Shown: piece by piece, positions 24,850-39,999 of the stretch
How the letters are laid out: each line of letters begins with the position of its first letter
Numbering within the stretch: the first letter of the stretch is position 1
Assembly: GCF_009914755.1 (NCBI RefSeq)
Contig: NC_060938.1
DNA from: the human T2T-CHM13v2.0 reference genome, Homo sapiens
Length of the DNA stretch: 64,000 nucleotides
Reading direction: 5' to 3' (one strand)
Notes under the pieces: generated by a model
The model's input: the letters and a program-made list of their open reading frames with translations, nothing else
Databases searched by the model: none
What the model was told of the DNA's origin: nothing
Position numbers and translations under genes: made by a program

Positions 24850-26650
24850 GAGCAATTTACTGCCCATATATTTTGGAAGATAAAAGCAAATTCCTAGAAA
24901 GTACAGTTTTCAAAGTTGACACAAATAGTATAGTTAAGCAGTTCTGTATTTATAAAAGAAATTGAATTCATATTTTTAAATATTTCAAAAAAGTAATCTA
25001 TTGGCCCAGGTTGACTTTATCAGCAATTTCTTCCAAATAGTTAAAGAAGAAGTAAAAGTATTCAAACAAAATTCTTAGAATAACAATAACATAAGAAATA
25101 AATCTCATCTTTAAAAAAAATCGGGTCATCATTATCTTAACAACAAACCGGACTAGGATACAGTCAGCGAAACAGATAAATTCTAAGTTGACTTCTATCA
25201 AAAACACAGATAAATAAAATCCCAAACAAAATATTAGTAAGTCAAATCCAATAACACATGAAAATCAAGACCAGAAACACTTAATCTAGGATTTTAGAAT
25301 TGGTTTAACAATAGAAATTAAATGTTTGCAATTTATCATATTAAAAGTATAAGAAAGGAAAGTTTTATGTACTCAAATACAGGAAAAGACAGTAATTTTC
25401 AAAGTTATATGTCTATTCATTGTAGAAGCTACTAATCAGAAATAAAATAAAACTTTCTTATTCAATAAACAGCACCTAGAAATCTCTACAAAAAATCATA
25501 CTTAATTTGGAAATATTGGATGTTTCTCCTGTGATTAGGAATGAGAAAAAGATGCTTGTTATCACCACTTCAACTAACATTGTATTCACAGTGCAGTAAG
25601 GAGAAGGAAGACAGAAGGAGGAGACAGAAGGAAGAAAAATAGAAGGAAGAAAAAAAGATTGTCATTATATTCATGTGATGCAACTGTCCCTTGACGATAA
25701 GTCTTAAGATAGATACAAAGCTTTTTAGTAAATAAAGTGAGTGATTGTGATTATTATATGAGATAGACACAATTAGAAATTGAATACAGCTAACCTAGAA
25801 ATGACAAGATCAAAATACAAGTGAGTTTTTACATGAAAGAGGAAGAGAAATAGTGTGGGGGCATCAGTGCAGGCCCCAAGCAAATCTGAAATAATTGCTA
25901 TCCAGAAGAATTATCAAAATCCAGTTGAATATTTTGGATTCACTGGGAAGCTTTGGTAAGGAAATATGGCATATAAAACAAATCATGATATTCAGAATTC
26001 AGTTAGGCCCTCTTCATTTCACAAAATTTGCATCTAACATAAGTAATGAGGGAATTACTTATTTTAAACACCAAACTCTCATGTTAATCATTTTAAAAGT
26101 CAAGGTTTTTTATTTTATTTTATTTTTTCAATTAGCTACATACTGTCTGGCCATCTTGAAAAGTATATTGTATAAAATTTAATCCTTTCTTCATAATGAA
26201 TTGTACTTATCAAGCCCTCAACATCTCTAGAATACACAGGTAGCCTCAACATTTGGCCATTTTTATCAAGATATTCTGTAATTTAATTTTAGTATGTTCA
26301 TTAATTACACATTTATTTAATATTAGAATTCTATTATGGATTTATCTGAATGATGCTTGACCCCACCATACATATAATCCTATACCTAAAATCAATTCCA
26401 AGTGGATCACTGATATAAATATACAAGAAAAATAGATCCCTAGTGCTTCCAGAAAATACTAAGAGAATACATTCCTGAATTGTGGTATAGAAAATTTTGT
26501 TTAAAAGGATATATAAAACACGAGTCATAAAGGAAATGAATTAATATACTGAACTGCATTTAAATTAGAAAGTTTTCCTCAAAAAATTATTAAGGAGAAT
26601 AAATATGGAAGCAAAGGATTGGGAAAATATATTTGTAATGTATGTAACTC
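24850..26650 (+). mobile_element. Old L1M ORF2 (RT region) fragments
   Basis: gcaaattcctagaaag; ggcccaggttgactttatc; ttcaactaacattgta; cctaaaatcaattccaagtggatc; likely continues the 21790-22510 element. Confidence 0.7.
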
Positions 26651-28649
26651 AAGGATAACTTCATCAAGTCAGCAAAATCTCTCTGAATCTCAACCACATT
26701 TATACCCGAAGTCAAATTTTACACATTTTCAAAGTTTTGGAAGAGCTCTTAATTTAATGTAAGTACTTCAGATGTCCTGAAAGTAGATCAAAAGTAAGGG
26801 TACAGATTAAACTGTATAATGAGCAGTTAACTCAATAACTTTTAATGACCATAAAAAACGGATATGTCTGAGACTAAAACACAATCTCATCCAGGGTCAT
26901 AAAAGTCTATTTTATTGGTGTAAATCTCATGGGAGCTGTGAAGTACATATCTTCTTTTCCAGCCTAAACCTTGTGGCTTTTCTGATTGCCCTTTACAATG
27001 GCTGACGTTAATATCTCTTGTCTATTTTATAAGAAATAAAAAAAAGAAAGATTGTAAACTCACATTTGCTAACACATAAATGTTTACTAATCCTTTTTAT
27101 TTAAAAAAATCATTCAATTAAAAAAATCTTATCCCAAATTCTTTGTGTTCTTTACAAAACTAATCTTATGTTTTATAATACATTTCCGGTCAAAAATTCC
27201 AGTTTAATCCCACAATGTTTGTGTAATCAAAAATTAATCAATCTCACTAACAATATGGGGAGTGACAAACTCACATAACAATCTAGATTTTTTAAAGCCT
27301 GAACACTTCTGTACATAAACAATCTACACAATTAAGGGGGAAATAACAGGATTTGTTTTACTCTAGGTAATGTCTTTGATTTCTTACTTTAATTTGCATG
27401 TATTGGCACTGCTTACAAAATTAAGCTAGAAAAAAATATGAACCTCTGACATTCAAAAATCACAGTGAGAATTTTTATCAACTTTTTTCTTATGTTAGTC
27501 AAATGCAAACATCCCATTAACTATAGGCTTAGGAGAATTCTCTAACAGTTTTAAAATACATATCCTAGACTGGGAGAGAAAGCTGTTTTTTAGCTATTTC
27601 TCCCATAAAATCTTTTTAACTGCTGTTTATTATAGCTACTATTTATGATAATGCTGTTGTATGCATTATTACAACCCTGTATTTTCAGTAAAATGTCTAA
27701 TAAATGTATTTTTAAAATACATTATTCTCTATCTGCTTCAGATAAAATGTTGCTGTCATTTTACTGAATAGCACAGCACATAAACATGGTAATAATAAAT
27801 GTTTTAAAGTTTTTAAAGCACTGAATGGTTGGAAATTAATCTGCATCATCATAACTACTTTTATAACAACATTTTTAATGAGCCAGATTCACCTACTCTA
27901 TTTTGATGGCAAAAGTGGATTATTTCTTGAAGAGAAGAAATAGCAAAGAGCAATATAAACTTGCCCTGTGCTTTAAAAGTCTGAAAATAGAGAATGAAAC
28001 TTTTCAATTTAGTATGGAATATAACTCTTCATCTACCTTGGTTTTTTCCGAGATCACAGATACATCATTTAACCTAGAACTAGATGTGCTAAATGGAAAA
28101 AGAGAATCATTCTAAAATTAATGTTACAAGGTGGTATTTGTTCCAGTGAATTTAAAGCAATTCCCTTAATCAGCATATGTCCTGATTTTACTGCTGCACA
28201 GATGAGATGGAAGCACCTAGAATTCCTAAGAAGTAATATTGCCTATTATTACACAGAAATTTTGGGGTAAGAAATATGGTCCTAACTAAAATCTTCTAGA
28301 ATACTTCAAATGTAGTCACATTTTATGAGTAAAGTGCTACACAGTTATTTTTGGTACTTTTCCTATTCATAAGTATATCTTTACTTTCCTGACACATAAT
28401 AGGATTTCTACATTTTTTTTAAACGGAAGAACTTCATGAACCTTTGATGATATGACAAAGGCGATGGATATATCCCCAAACTTATCATTTTATAACATTT
28501 TCAAAGAGTTTATATAGACCGGTAATTTACTAGGCTTCCTAGGGATTTATGGGTCCTATTAAGAAATTCCTTTCTACAGATTTATTAGTACTATATGTAA
28601 TGATTACTAATTTGTCCCTAAATATTCCAGTTTTATTTTTCTGTGTACT

Positions 28650-29040
28650 TTGTAGGGGATTGATTGCATGTCCATACTCCTTTGAAATTAGGTTTGGTCA
28701 CACAACTTGCTTTGGAATATGAAGTGTGAAATATTTTTAATAATGAAAATTAAGTTTGTTTCCTTTTCCTCTACCAAATCACCTACTTCTCCTCACCAGA
28801 TACATTCTCTCTTACAAGTTTCTCATATATCCTTCCAAAAACAGGCTACACATTTTAGAGGTATGCATTTTAACAACCAAATTCTACTACCACCCCTTCT
28901 TTTTTCTTTATGTCTCAAGAAGTATAGAAATTTACACTAAAGTGAAACCTATATCTTCTTGGATCTTTGAGTTGTTACTATATGAGACAGAACTTTCTGC
29001 CTTGTATATGTAGCATGAACCAAAATAAACATTTGCAACT
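28650..29040 (+). mobile_element. Degenerate MLT1 (J/I-like) LTR
   Basis: ttgaaattaggtttggtcacacaacttgctttgg...atgtagcatgaaccaaaataaac. Confidence 0.5.
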
Positions 29041-29769
29041 TATGTATACAGAACTCAGCCATCAAACATCTGAATTATGAGAAAGCTCTTTAAGACTATT
29101 TCTCAGGTTACTTTTTACCTAGGTTTCCAACAATCTTTGTTATCTGGTTTTCAAACTAAAAATAAAATATTACAAACCATAAATTTGGATTGTTATACCC
29201 ACGGATGATTGTAAGAAGGAACATCTAATGAATTGGAAATAAGTGGAAAAAACCCACACAATCAAAAGAAATAAAAAAGAATGCTGGATTTAATGCCATT
29301 TGTGCAGGGGCAAGTAGTTTCAAACATATCAATAGATATTTGGGAAATGGGTAGCAGTAAAACAGGTAAGGTTTTACTAATATTTCTTTGTTGAAATTAA
29401 AGCTACCATAAATTAAAATTATCATCTTTCTAAGCAGTCTAAAATAAAAACTAACTCTGAAGGAATAATATACTAATAATCAACTATAGTATATTTTGAT
29501 ACAAATAGTTAAATCTTTAGTGTAGCACTTTATTCTGGGAAAGTAAATTTGGTGTGTATAAGTGGTTATCAAAAAACGATGAAAATATTTGCAGTATACT
29601 TTAGAAAATGGCCAGGGAAGTATATAACCAAGTAGAGAAAAACTTCCATCCTAAGTAAGAAAATAATATGTTAATATTTATTAGAAAGGAACATCTCATG
29701 ACTCTAGATTGGGTGTAGAATCAAAGCATTAGAGAAGGGTTATTCAAAGTCCCATCATACTGATTTATT

Positions 29770-30460
29770 TCCCAAGCCCCAATTCCTTACCTATGCTTCT
29801 TAACATTACCAGCAATATTCAACTCAACATTAATTATTGCTCCATACTCTATGTAATTCACATTTGTGTAGTGTTCCCTAATGCTTTTTCCAAACCCTTT
29901 TTTTTTCCCATTACATGGAGCTCATATATCCAAGTCATACCATATTTAAACCTTCTTGGTCTATTATTATATACTGATTACTTGGTCATTCTCTTTTTTA
30001 AAGGAGATTTTGGAATATGACTGAAACACTTTTTTCAGGCCAAGTTGTGTCATCATCATAGGTGATTCTATAACAAAGATGAGAAATCCACTTCCCTGGT
30101 CTCTAAATTCTTTCATTTCATAAATATAAAAATAAGCAACTCTGCTGTTTTCACATACTGATCCTGCTATCCATGTCATGAACCCATAATCACTGAGAAC
30201 TATTCCAGCTGTTAGGTATTAAAGTGAAACACTCTCTTCCTGGACCACAACTTCCTCATTTTCCAGTTCTCAGGTACACTGACTTGGTCATTGACCTCAT
30301 TACATTCACGAACGCTTTGAATCCTCTATTTTGTACTACGTACCTTTATCTTTTATCTTTACATAATTGCCTCTGTAACTTTAGAGTTCATGACCACTTC
30401 AATAACTCTTCTGACAGCACCTTCAAAATTACCGCTTCTATTTTTTACCTGGTATGATGT
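29770..30460 (+). mobile_element. L2 ORF2 fragment
   Basis: Pyrimidine-rich L2-like text (ctggaccacaacttcctcattttccag; gaccacttcaataactct). Confidence 0.55.
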
Positions 30461-30523
30461 CAACTCTTGATTATTTCTGCTGAACAACAACTCTGTTCCA
30501 CGGGGAGTCTAAGAGAAAAAGAA

Positions 30524-30762
30524 ATACGTATTCTCTTCAACTTGTGATGGGGTTAGGTCCCAATAATTCATCATAAGTAAAAAAAAATCATAAGTTGAAA
30601 ATGCAATTGATACCCCAAAACCCATCGTAAATTTAAAAAACATAAATTGAATCATTGTAAATCCAGATGCGCCTCAACTTATGATGGAATTACCTCCTAA
30701 GAAACACATCCTAAAGGCAAAAAAAGAGTCATAAACCAAACCACTGTAAGTCAGAGACTGTA
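30524..30762 (+). mobile_element. MER47-like Tigger MITE
   Basis: caacttgtgatggggttaggtcccaataa...cagatgcgcctcaacttatgatgg...ccactgtaagtcagagactgTA. Confidence 0.75.
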
Positions 30763-30812
30763 CAGCTATGCAAAAAAATTGAATATTGGTAGTCTCTTAA
30801 AACAGTGTGAAA

Positions 30813-31133
30813 GGCTGGGTGTGGTAGCTCATGTGTGTAATTCCAGCACTTTAAGAGGCTGAGGCAGGCAGATCACTTGAGGCCAGGAGTTCAAGACCAG
30901 CCTGGGCAACATGGTGAAACCCTGCCTTCACTAAAAATACAAGAATTAGTGGGTTGTGGTGGTGCACACCTGTAGTCCCAGTTACTTGGGAGGCTGAGAC
31001 AGGAGAATCACTTGATCCCAGGAGGCAGGGGTTGCACTAGGTAGGCGGAGGTTGCAGTGAGCCAACATCATGCCACTGCAGTCCAGCCTGGGCGACAGAG
31101 AGAGACCCAAAAACGAAAACATAAACAAAACTA
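30813..31133 (+). mobile_element. Full-length Alu (Jb/Sz-like) with TSD
   Basis: Dimeric Alu; TSD aaaacagtgt(g)aaa; small internal tandem duplication near 31020-31058. Confidence 0.93.
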
Positions 31134-31220
31134 AAAACAGTGTAAAGATACTACCTCCTTCTTTAAACTCTGTTTTTCTCTTTTTTCGGCTCTCTGAATA
31201 GCTAACCCTCACTTGGCTTT

Positions 31221-31684
31221 TGCTGCAGTTAAACATTGAATTGTATTCCCCCAAAATAGTATGTGGAAGTCCTAACTCCCAGGAACTCACAGTGTGATCT
31301 TATTTAAAAATAGAGTTTTTAAAAATGTAATTAGTTAAGATGAGGTCATATTGGATGTAGGGTGAGCCTTTATTCCAATATGACCTGTGATTTTATAAGA
31401 GAAGGGAGATGCACGGAGAGAAGATGGCTATGCCACAACAGATAGAGATTGGAGTGAAGTACCTACAAGCCAAGGAGTACCAAGAGTTTCCAACAAGCAC
31501 CAGAGGGAGAAGAGGCAGAGAAGGATCCACCCCTTCTCTGCCTGACAGATTTCAGAGGGATCATGGCTCTGGTGACACCTTAATTTCAGACTTCTAGCCT
31601 CCAGAATTGTGAGACAATATATTTGTGTTATTTTGAACCACCCAGTTGGGCACTTTATTACTGAAGACCTTGGGAACAAGTACA
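31221..31684 (+). mobile_element. MLT1C solo LTR
   Basis: gtaattagttaagatgaggtcatattgga...acaagccaaggag...cagacttctagcctccagaattgtgagacaa. Confidence 0.88.
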
Positions 31685-33646
31685 GCTGCTCATCACAAGA
31701 TTTTCTGCATAGACTATTCCAGCATCTGCTACTAGAGACAATTTTATTTATTTATTTCCAATTTTTATGCCTTTCATTTCCGTGTATGTCTTGTAGTACT
31801 GGCTAGAACTTCCAGTATTATGTTGAATAGCAAGGCAAAAGTAGCTGTATTTGCCTTGTTTCAATCTCATAAGAAAAACATTCAATTTATTTCTATTAAA
31901 TATGACATTAGATATAGATGGGGATTTGGGGTAGATTGTTTTTATCAACTTGAGGAAATTACTATTACCTTTTTTCTGATAGTTCTTATCATTAATGGGT
32001 GTTGAATATTTTCATTTTCTTCTGCATCAATTATCATATGATTTATTTTTCTTTAGCCTGATAATAAGAGAGATTACATTGTTTGATTTTCAAATATGGA
32101 AGCAGCCTTTTATCCTTGGAATAAATCCCAGTTGGTCATGGTACTTAGATATTGTTGAATTCTATCTGCTAATATTTTATTAAGAATTTTTTCATCAATA
32201 TTCATGAGAAATATTGGTATATAATTTTCTTCTCTAGAGATTTCATTATCTGGTTTTGGTATCAGGGTTATTCTGCTTCATATAATGAGATAGAAATTAC
32301 TCTGTCTTCTATTTTCTGTAAAATATTTTTTTAAATTGGTGTTAATTTTTCTTTAAACATTTGGTAGAATTCTCCAGTGAAACTGCCTGGGCCTGGAGAT
32401 TTCTCTTACCTGAGGTTTACCATTACAAATTCAGTTCACTTAATAGTTATATGGCTATTCAAATACTCTATTTCACATGTAGTTTTGCCAGTTTTCACTG
32501 CTCAAGGAATTAGTCCAATTCTTCCAAATGGTCAAATTAATCTATACAGAATTGTTCACATTTACTCATTCTGATTTTTGCATTGACTGTAGTGACATCT
32601 CTTGTTTTCTTATTGATATTAGTAATTTATGTCTTCTCTTTGTTTCCTTGTCCAAATTACTAGAGATTTATTTCACTAATCTTTTGAAATAATCTGATTT
32701 TTGTTTTAATGACTTTTTCTTTTTTTGTATTTTAATCTTGCTGATTTGTGCTTCTTTCTTTACAATTTCCTTTCTTCTTCTTCTTCCCTTAGATTCATTT
32801 TGTTCTCTTTATAATTTCTTGATGTTGAAACTTAGATTATTGATCTAAAAACCTTTTCTCCTTTTATAAGCATCCGGTTTATAAACTCACTATCAGCATA
32901 ACTTTAGCTGGGCTCTACAAATTTTTATATGCTATGTTTTCAGTTTTATTTAGATATATATGAATTGTTTGTGTTTATGTTCCCTTTGACTATATATCTA
33001 TACCTATAATGTATCTAACTATCTATGTATCTATAAAATTTCTTTAGACTTTGACTGTGACCCTTGGATTATTTAGAGATGCATTGGTTACTTTCCAAAT
33101 GTTTGAAAGCATTCCTTGTGTTTTTCTGTTACTGATTCTAGTCTAATTCCATTATAGTTAAATAACACTTTTTATATCTTATATTCAAATTCTTTATAAG
33201 TTATTTTATGGGCCAGGATATAGTCTCTCATGGCATATATTTCATGAGCACTTGAGAAAAATCGTGTATTCTTATGTTGTTGGAAGGTGCATTTTGTAAA
33301 TCTCAATTAGATGCTATCAGTTCATGGTTTTGAGTTATTCTAGCATCTTGCTGATTCGTCAATCACTAAAATTGTAAATTTGTCTATTTCTTCACTCAGT
33401 TTTATCAATGCTGCTTCACATATTTTGCAGTTAATTGTTTGGTGCATGTAGTTTTAGGATTGCCGTGTCTTCTTGGTGGATTTAGCCCTTTAACATTATG
33501 TACTGACAACTGTCTATCCCATAATTTTCTTTGCTCTGGTATCTTCTTTGTCTGTTAATACTAATGTGCTCATGCCTAATTTCCTTTGATTGATATTTTC
33601 ATACTATATCTTTTTTTGTTGTTCTTTAACTTTTAGCCTTCCTATA

Positions 33647-34104
33647 TGTTATGGGTTGAATTTTGTCCACTCCAAAATATGTTGATGTCTTAAACTCCAG
33701 TACACAAATTGTGATCCTATTTATAAATAAAGACATCATCAATGTAATTAGTGAAGATGAGATCATACTGAAGAATGATGGATCCCTAATCCAATATGAC
33801 TTGTGTCCCTGTAAGAAGAGAGAAATTTGGACAGAGACACTTGAAAGGAGAATGTCATGAAACTAAAGAAGAAGAAATTGAAGTGCTATTGCTGCAAGTC
33901 AAAAAACATCAACAATTGGCAAATACCACAAGAAATTAGTAGAGGAAAATATGTATTCTTTCCTACAGGTTTCAGAGAGAGCATGGACCTACCTACACCT
34001 TGAATGTTGACTTCGTCATTGCAGAACTGTGAGTGAACAACTCTGTTGTTTTCAGCAACCCAGTTTGTGGTACTTTGCTCTGGCATCCCTATGGAGCTAA
34101 TGCA
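33647..34104 (+). mobile_element. MLT1C solo LTR nested in L1
   Basis: tgttatgggttgaatt...ccctaatccaatatgac...ttcagagagagcatgg...ctaatgca. Confidence 0.88.
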
Positions 34105-34681
34105 CTGACATCATATAGCTGGGTCATTTTGTTTTATCCACTGTACTAATCTCTATCTTTTAAATAATGTATTTAGACCATTTATATTTAGTGTATTTAT
34201 TGATAAATTTATACATGAGTTTACCTTTTTTTGTTTATTTTCTGTTATTTTTTTCTGTTTTCTTTTTTCTGCTTCCTATGGTTTTGTGGAATATTTTAAG
34301 ATTTCTATTTTTGTTTGTCTATAGTGTTTTTGAACTTATCTCTCTGTATAACATTTTTAGTAGCTGCTCTAGTTAATATATATAGTTATATAATATATAT
34401 TTATATATTTAATATAACTTTCCAGCACAGCATCTACCAGTGCAAATAAAATATAGAAAACTTAACACATTTTATGTCATTTTGTACTTCTTTATTTAAA
34501 ATACAATTCCTTAAATACTTACCCTATACTCATTGATAATCATATGACACAGCATTAAAATTTTTGTTTCAACTATCAAACATAATTTTAAAAACAACAG
34601 AAGAGAAGATAAATCTGTTATATTTACCTATATTTTTGTTTCTTCTGTTGTTATTTCTTCTTTGTCAGTGTTACATGGTTC

Positions 34682-34950
<269 letters not shown>

Positions 34951-35590
34951 ACAGGGTTCATTCTATTTTATTTCTGTTCTGATTTAAAATGTTCTTTGGC
35001 TAGATTTTAGGGTAGATATGTAATGAAAAAGTTTATTTATTGATTTTTCATTTATATGTGAAGGATAACTTTTACTGGATAAATAATTGTGAGTAGCTAG
35101 TTTTTTGTTTTGTTTTGTTTTTTTTGTTTTGGCACTGGAAAAATGTTGTGGCCCTTCCTTCTTGTCTCTGGAATTTTTCATTAAAAAAAAACCTCCTGCC
35201 ATTCCAAATGTTTTCCCTTATAAGTAATATATTGTTTTTCTCTGTCTGCTTTCCAAATATTCTTAATTTTAGTTTTCAGAAGTTTGACTGTGATGTAGCT
35301 TGGCATCAGTTTTTCTTTATCCTCTTTGTAGTTACTCAATTTTTGAAACTGAAGGTTAATATGTTTCCCCAAATATGGGAATTTGATAGACATTATTTTT
35401 AAAAATAATTTTTCAGCCCCACCCTCTTTTAGCTTTATTTCTAGCTTTCCAAAGACACACATGTTTGAAGTTTTCTTTATAGCTTTACATATGCCAAAGG
35501 TTCTGTTCATTTCTTGTCTATTATTTCTGTTTTTGAATTTGATCAATTACTATTATTATATCTCTGAGTTCAGTGATCTTTTCTCTGCAT

Positions 35591-37765
35591 ATCTGGAAGA
35601 CGTAGCTAGAGCAATCAGACAAGATAAAGAAATAACAGGCATCTAAATTGGGAAGGAAGAAATCAAATTACTCTTGTTTGCAGATGATATGATTTTATCT
35701 TAGTAAATGCTAAAGACCCGAACAACAACAAAAAAACTAGTAGAATGGATAAACTAATTTGGTAAAGTTTCAGGACACAAAATCAGCATACAAAACTCAG
35801 TAACACTTCCATATGCTAATAGTGAACAATCTGAAAAAGAATTTAAAAAAGTAATTCCATTTACGATATCCACACATAAAATTAAAGACCTAGAATTAAC
35901 TTAACCAAAGAAGTGAAAAATATCTACAATAAAAACTATGAAATTGAAGAGAATACAAAAATGGAAATATATTCCATGTTCATGGACTGGAAGAATGAAT
36001 ATTGTTAAAATGTCCACACTACCCAAAGAAATCTACATATTCAATGCAACCTCTCTCAGGTTACCAATCACATTCTCCATTGAAATGGGAAAAACAATGC
36101 TAACATTTATATGGAACCAAAAAAGACCCCAAATAGCCAAAGCTATCCTGAGCAAAGAAGGTCAAAACTAGAGAAATCACATTACTTGACTTCAAATTAT
36201 ACTACAGAGCTGCAGTTAACAAAAAAAGAATATTACTGGCATAAAAACAGACACATACACCACTGGAAAAGAATAGAGAACCGAGAAAGAAATCCACACA
36301 CCTACAGTGAATTAATTTAAACAAAGTTACCAAAAATATACGCTGGGTAAAGATAGTCTCTTCAATAAATAGTGCTGAGAAAACTGGATATCCACAGGCA
36401 GAATAATGAAACTAGACCACTCTCTCTTGCCATACACAAAACTCAAGCTAAAGACATAAATTTAAGACCTCGTACTATGAAACAAAAAGAAATCATTGAG
36501 GAAGCTTTCCAGGATATTAGACTGGGCAAAAATTTCTTAAGTATTACCCCACAAGCACAGGCAACCAAAGCAAAATAAACAAATTTGATCACATCAAGTT
36601 AAAAAGCTTCTGCACAACAAAGAATAAAATCCACAAAGTGAAGAGACAACCCACAGAATGGGAGAAAATATTTACAAACTACCCCCTGACGAGGGATTAA
36701 TAACAAGAATATACAACAGGCTTAAAAAACTCTACAGGAAAAAAACCCTAATAATCAAAGAAAAAATTGGGCAAAATCTTTGAATAGACATTTCTTGAAA
36801 GAAGACATAAAACATGGAAAAAAGGCATACGAAAAGGTACTCCAAATCATTGATCATCAGAGAAATGCAAATCAAAACTACAATGAGATATTATCTCACC
36901 TCAGTTAAAATGACTTTTATCCAAAAGACAGGCAATGACAAATGCTAGGCAGGATGTGGAAAAAAGGGAACCCTTGTACAACTTTTGGTAGGTATGTCCA
37001 TTAGTACAACCACTATGGAGAATAGTTTGGAGTTTCTTTAAAAACAGTAAAAATAGAGCTAACATACAACCCAGCAATTCCACTGCTGGGTATATACTCA
37101 AAAGAAAGGAAATCAACGTATCAAAGAAATATCTGCACTCCCATATTTTCTGCAGTACTGTTCACAATAATTAAGATTTGGAAACAAACTAAGTGTCCAT
37201 TCACAGATAAATGGATAAATAAAATGTGGTATATATACACAATGGAATACTATTCAGCCATAAAAGTGAATGAGATTCTGTTATTTGAAACACCGTCGGG
37301 GGAATTGGAGGTCATTATGTTAAGTGAAATAAGCCAGGCACAGAAGGACAAACATCACATGTTTGCACTTATTCGTTGTATCTAAAAATTAAAATAATTG
37401 ACATCATGGAGATAGAGAGTAGACAGATGATTACCAGAGGCTGGGAAGGGTATGGGGTTGGGGGCAGCAGGGGGAATGCAGTTGGAATGGTTAATGGATA
37501 CAAAAAATATTTAGAAAGAATGAATAAGATCTATTATTTGATAGCACAACAAGGTGACTATAATTAATAATAATTTACTTGTACATGTAAAAATAACTAA
37601 AAGAGTAATTGGATTGATTTTAATACAAAAGATAAGTGCTTGAGGGAATGAATGTGTCATTTTTTCATGATCTGGTTATTATGCATTCCATACCTGTATC
37701 ATAATAGGTTGTGTATCCCATAAACACATACACCTCCTATTTACCCACAAAAATTAAAAATTAGA
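35591..37765 (+). mobile_element. L1MA1/L1MA2 3' 2.2 kb
   Basis: FADD-coding tttgcagatgat (35678), ORF2 pieces (IPCSWTGR) and L1MA2-type 3'UTR (gaaagaatgaataagatc...acccacaaaaattaaaaatt). Confidence 0.92.
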
Positions 37766-37889
37766 ATAATACTTTTTAGCCTTAGCATCTATAATCAGAT
37801 TTTTGACTCACTTTAATTTTTGCATATTCTATAAGGTAAAGTTCTAACTACATTTTCTTTTTTTTTTATTTTCAAGTCCTTTGCCCATT

Positions 37890-38800
37890 TTTATTTTATT
37901 TTTTATTATTATACTTTAAGTTCTGGGGTACATGTGCACAACGTGCAGGTTTGTTACATATGTATACATGTGCCATGGTGGTGTGCTGCACCCATTAACT
38001 TGTCATTTAGCATTAGGTGTATCTCCTAATGTTATCCCTCCCTACTCCCCCCACCCCACAACAGGCCCCAGTGTGTGACGTCCCTCTTCCTGTGTCCAAG
38101 TGTTCTCATTGTTCAATTTCCACCTATGAGTGAGAACATGCGATGTTTGGTTTTTTGTCCTTGTGACAGTTTGCTGAGAATGATGGTTTCCAGCTTCATC
38201 CATGTCCCTACAAACGACATGAACTCATCCTTTTTTATGGCTGCATAGTATTCCATGGTGTATATGTGCCACATTTTCTTAATCGTCTATCATTGTTGGA
38301 CATTTGGCTTGGTTCCAAGTCTTTGCTATTGTGAATAGTGCCACAATAAACATACATGTGCATGTGTCTTTATAGCAGCATGATTTATAATCCTTTGGGT
38401 ATATACCCAGTAATGGGATGCCTGGGTCAAATGGTATTTCTAGTTCTAGATCCCTGAGGAATCACCACACTGTCTTCCACAATGGTTGAACCAGTTTACA
38501 GTCCCACCAACAGTGTAAAAGTGTTCCTATTTCTCCACATCCTCTCCAGCACCTGTTGTTTCCTGACTTTTTAATGATTGCCATTCTAACTGGTGTGAGA
38601 TGGTATCTCATTGTGGTTTTGATTTGCATTTCTCTGACGGCCAGTGATAATGAGCATTTTTTCATGTGTCTTTTGGCTGCATAAATGTCTTCTTTTGAGA
38701 AATGTCTGTTCATATCCTTCGCCCACTTGTTGATGGGGTTGTTTGTTTTTCTCTTGTAAATTTGTTTGAGTTCTTTGTAGATTCTGGATATTAGCCCTTT
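37890..38800 (-). mobile_element. L1PA4/5-like 3' 0.9 kb
   Basis: Near-consensus antisense 3'UTR; ORF 38462..38713 is the ORF2 C-terminus. Confidence 0.93.
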
Positions 38801-39997
38801 ATCATTTACCTCCCACTTATAAGTGAGAACATGCAGTATTTGGTTTTCTTTCCCTTTGTCAGTTTGCTAAGGATAATGGCCTCCAGCTCCATCCATGTCC
38901 TTATAAAGAACATGATCTCTTTCTTTTGTATGGCTACCTAGTATTCCTTCCATGGTGGTATATGTGCCACATTTTCTTTATCCAGTCAATCATTGAGGAG
39001 CATTTAGGTTGTTTCCATGCCTTTGTTATTATGACTATTGCTGTAATGAACATACATGTGCATGTGTCTTTATAATACAGTAATTTTTATTTCTTTGGGT
39101 ATATGCACAATAATGGGATTGCTGGGTCAAATGGTATTTCTGTCTTTAAGTCTTTGTGGAATTGCCACACTGACTTCCACAATGGCTGAACTAATTTACA
39201 CACCCAACAACACTGTGTAAACATTTATATTTTTCCAGAACTTTGCCAGAATCCATTATTTTTTAACTTTTTAGTAATAGCCATTCTGACTGGTGAGAGA
39301 TGGCATCTCTCTGTAGCTTTGATTTGCATTTCTCTAATGACCAATGATTTTGAGCTTTTTTTCATATGATTGTTGGTTGCACATATATCTTCTTTTGAAA
39401 AATGTCTGTTCATGTCCTTTGCTCACTTTTTGTTTGGGGTTGTTTGCTTTTTTTGTAGATTTGTTTAAGTTAGTTATGGATGCTGGATATTAGACTTTTG
39501 TCAGATGCACAGTTTGCAAAAATGTTCTCCCATTCTGTAGGTGGTTTCTTTACTATTTTGATACTTTATTTTGCTGTGCAGAATCTCTTTAGTTTAATTA
39601 GATACTATTTGTTAATTTTTGCTTTTGTTGTAATTGCTTGTGGCATTTTCTTCATGAAATCTTTGCCTGTTTCTAGGTCCTGAATAGTATTGCATAGGTT
39701 GTCTTCCACGGTTTTTATAGTTTTGTGTTTTACAGTAAGTCTTTAATCCAACTTGTGTTGGATGTAAGGAAGGAATCCTGGTTTAATCTTTTGAATATTG
39801 CTAGCCAGTTACTCTAGCACCATTCTTTGAATAGAGAATTCTTTTCCCATTGTTTGTTTAAGTCAGGTTTGCCGAAGATCAAATAGCTGTAGGTGTGTGG
39901 TCTTATTTCTGGGTTCTCCACTCTGTTCCATTGATCTATGTATCAGTTTTTGCAACAGTACCATGGTGTTTTGGTTACTGTAGCTCTGTAGTATAGT
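38801..39997 (-). mobile_element. Older L1PA (PA13-16-like) 3' ORF2 lacking its own 3' tail
   Basis: tcccacttataagtgagaacatgcagtatttgg...ggataatggcctccagc; ORF 39225..39413. Confidence 0.88.
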
Positions 39998-39999
39998 AT

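Noticed and set aside
31221-34104. Two same-orientation MLT1C LTRs as a provirus
   Set aside because: The intervening sequence is antisense L1 that continues beyond the second LTR, not MaLR internal sequence.
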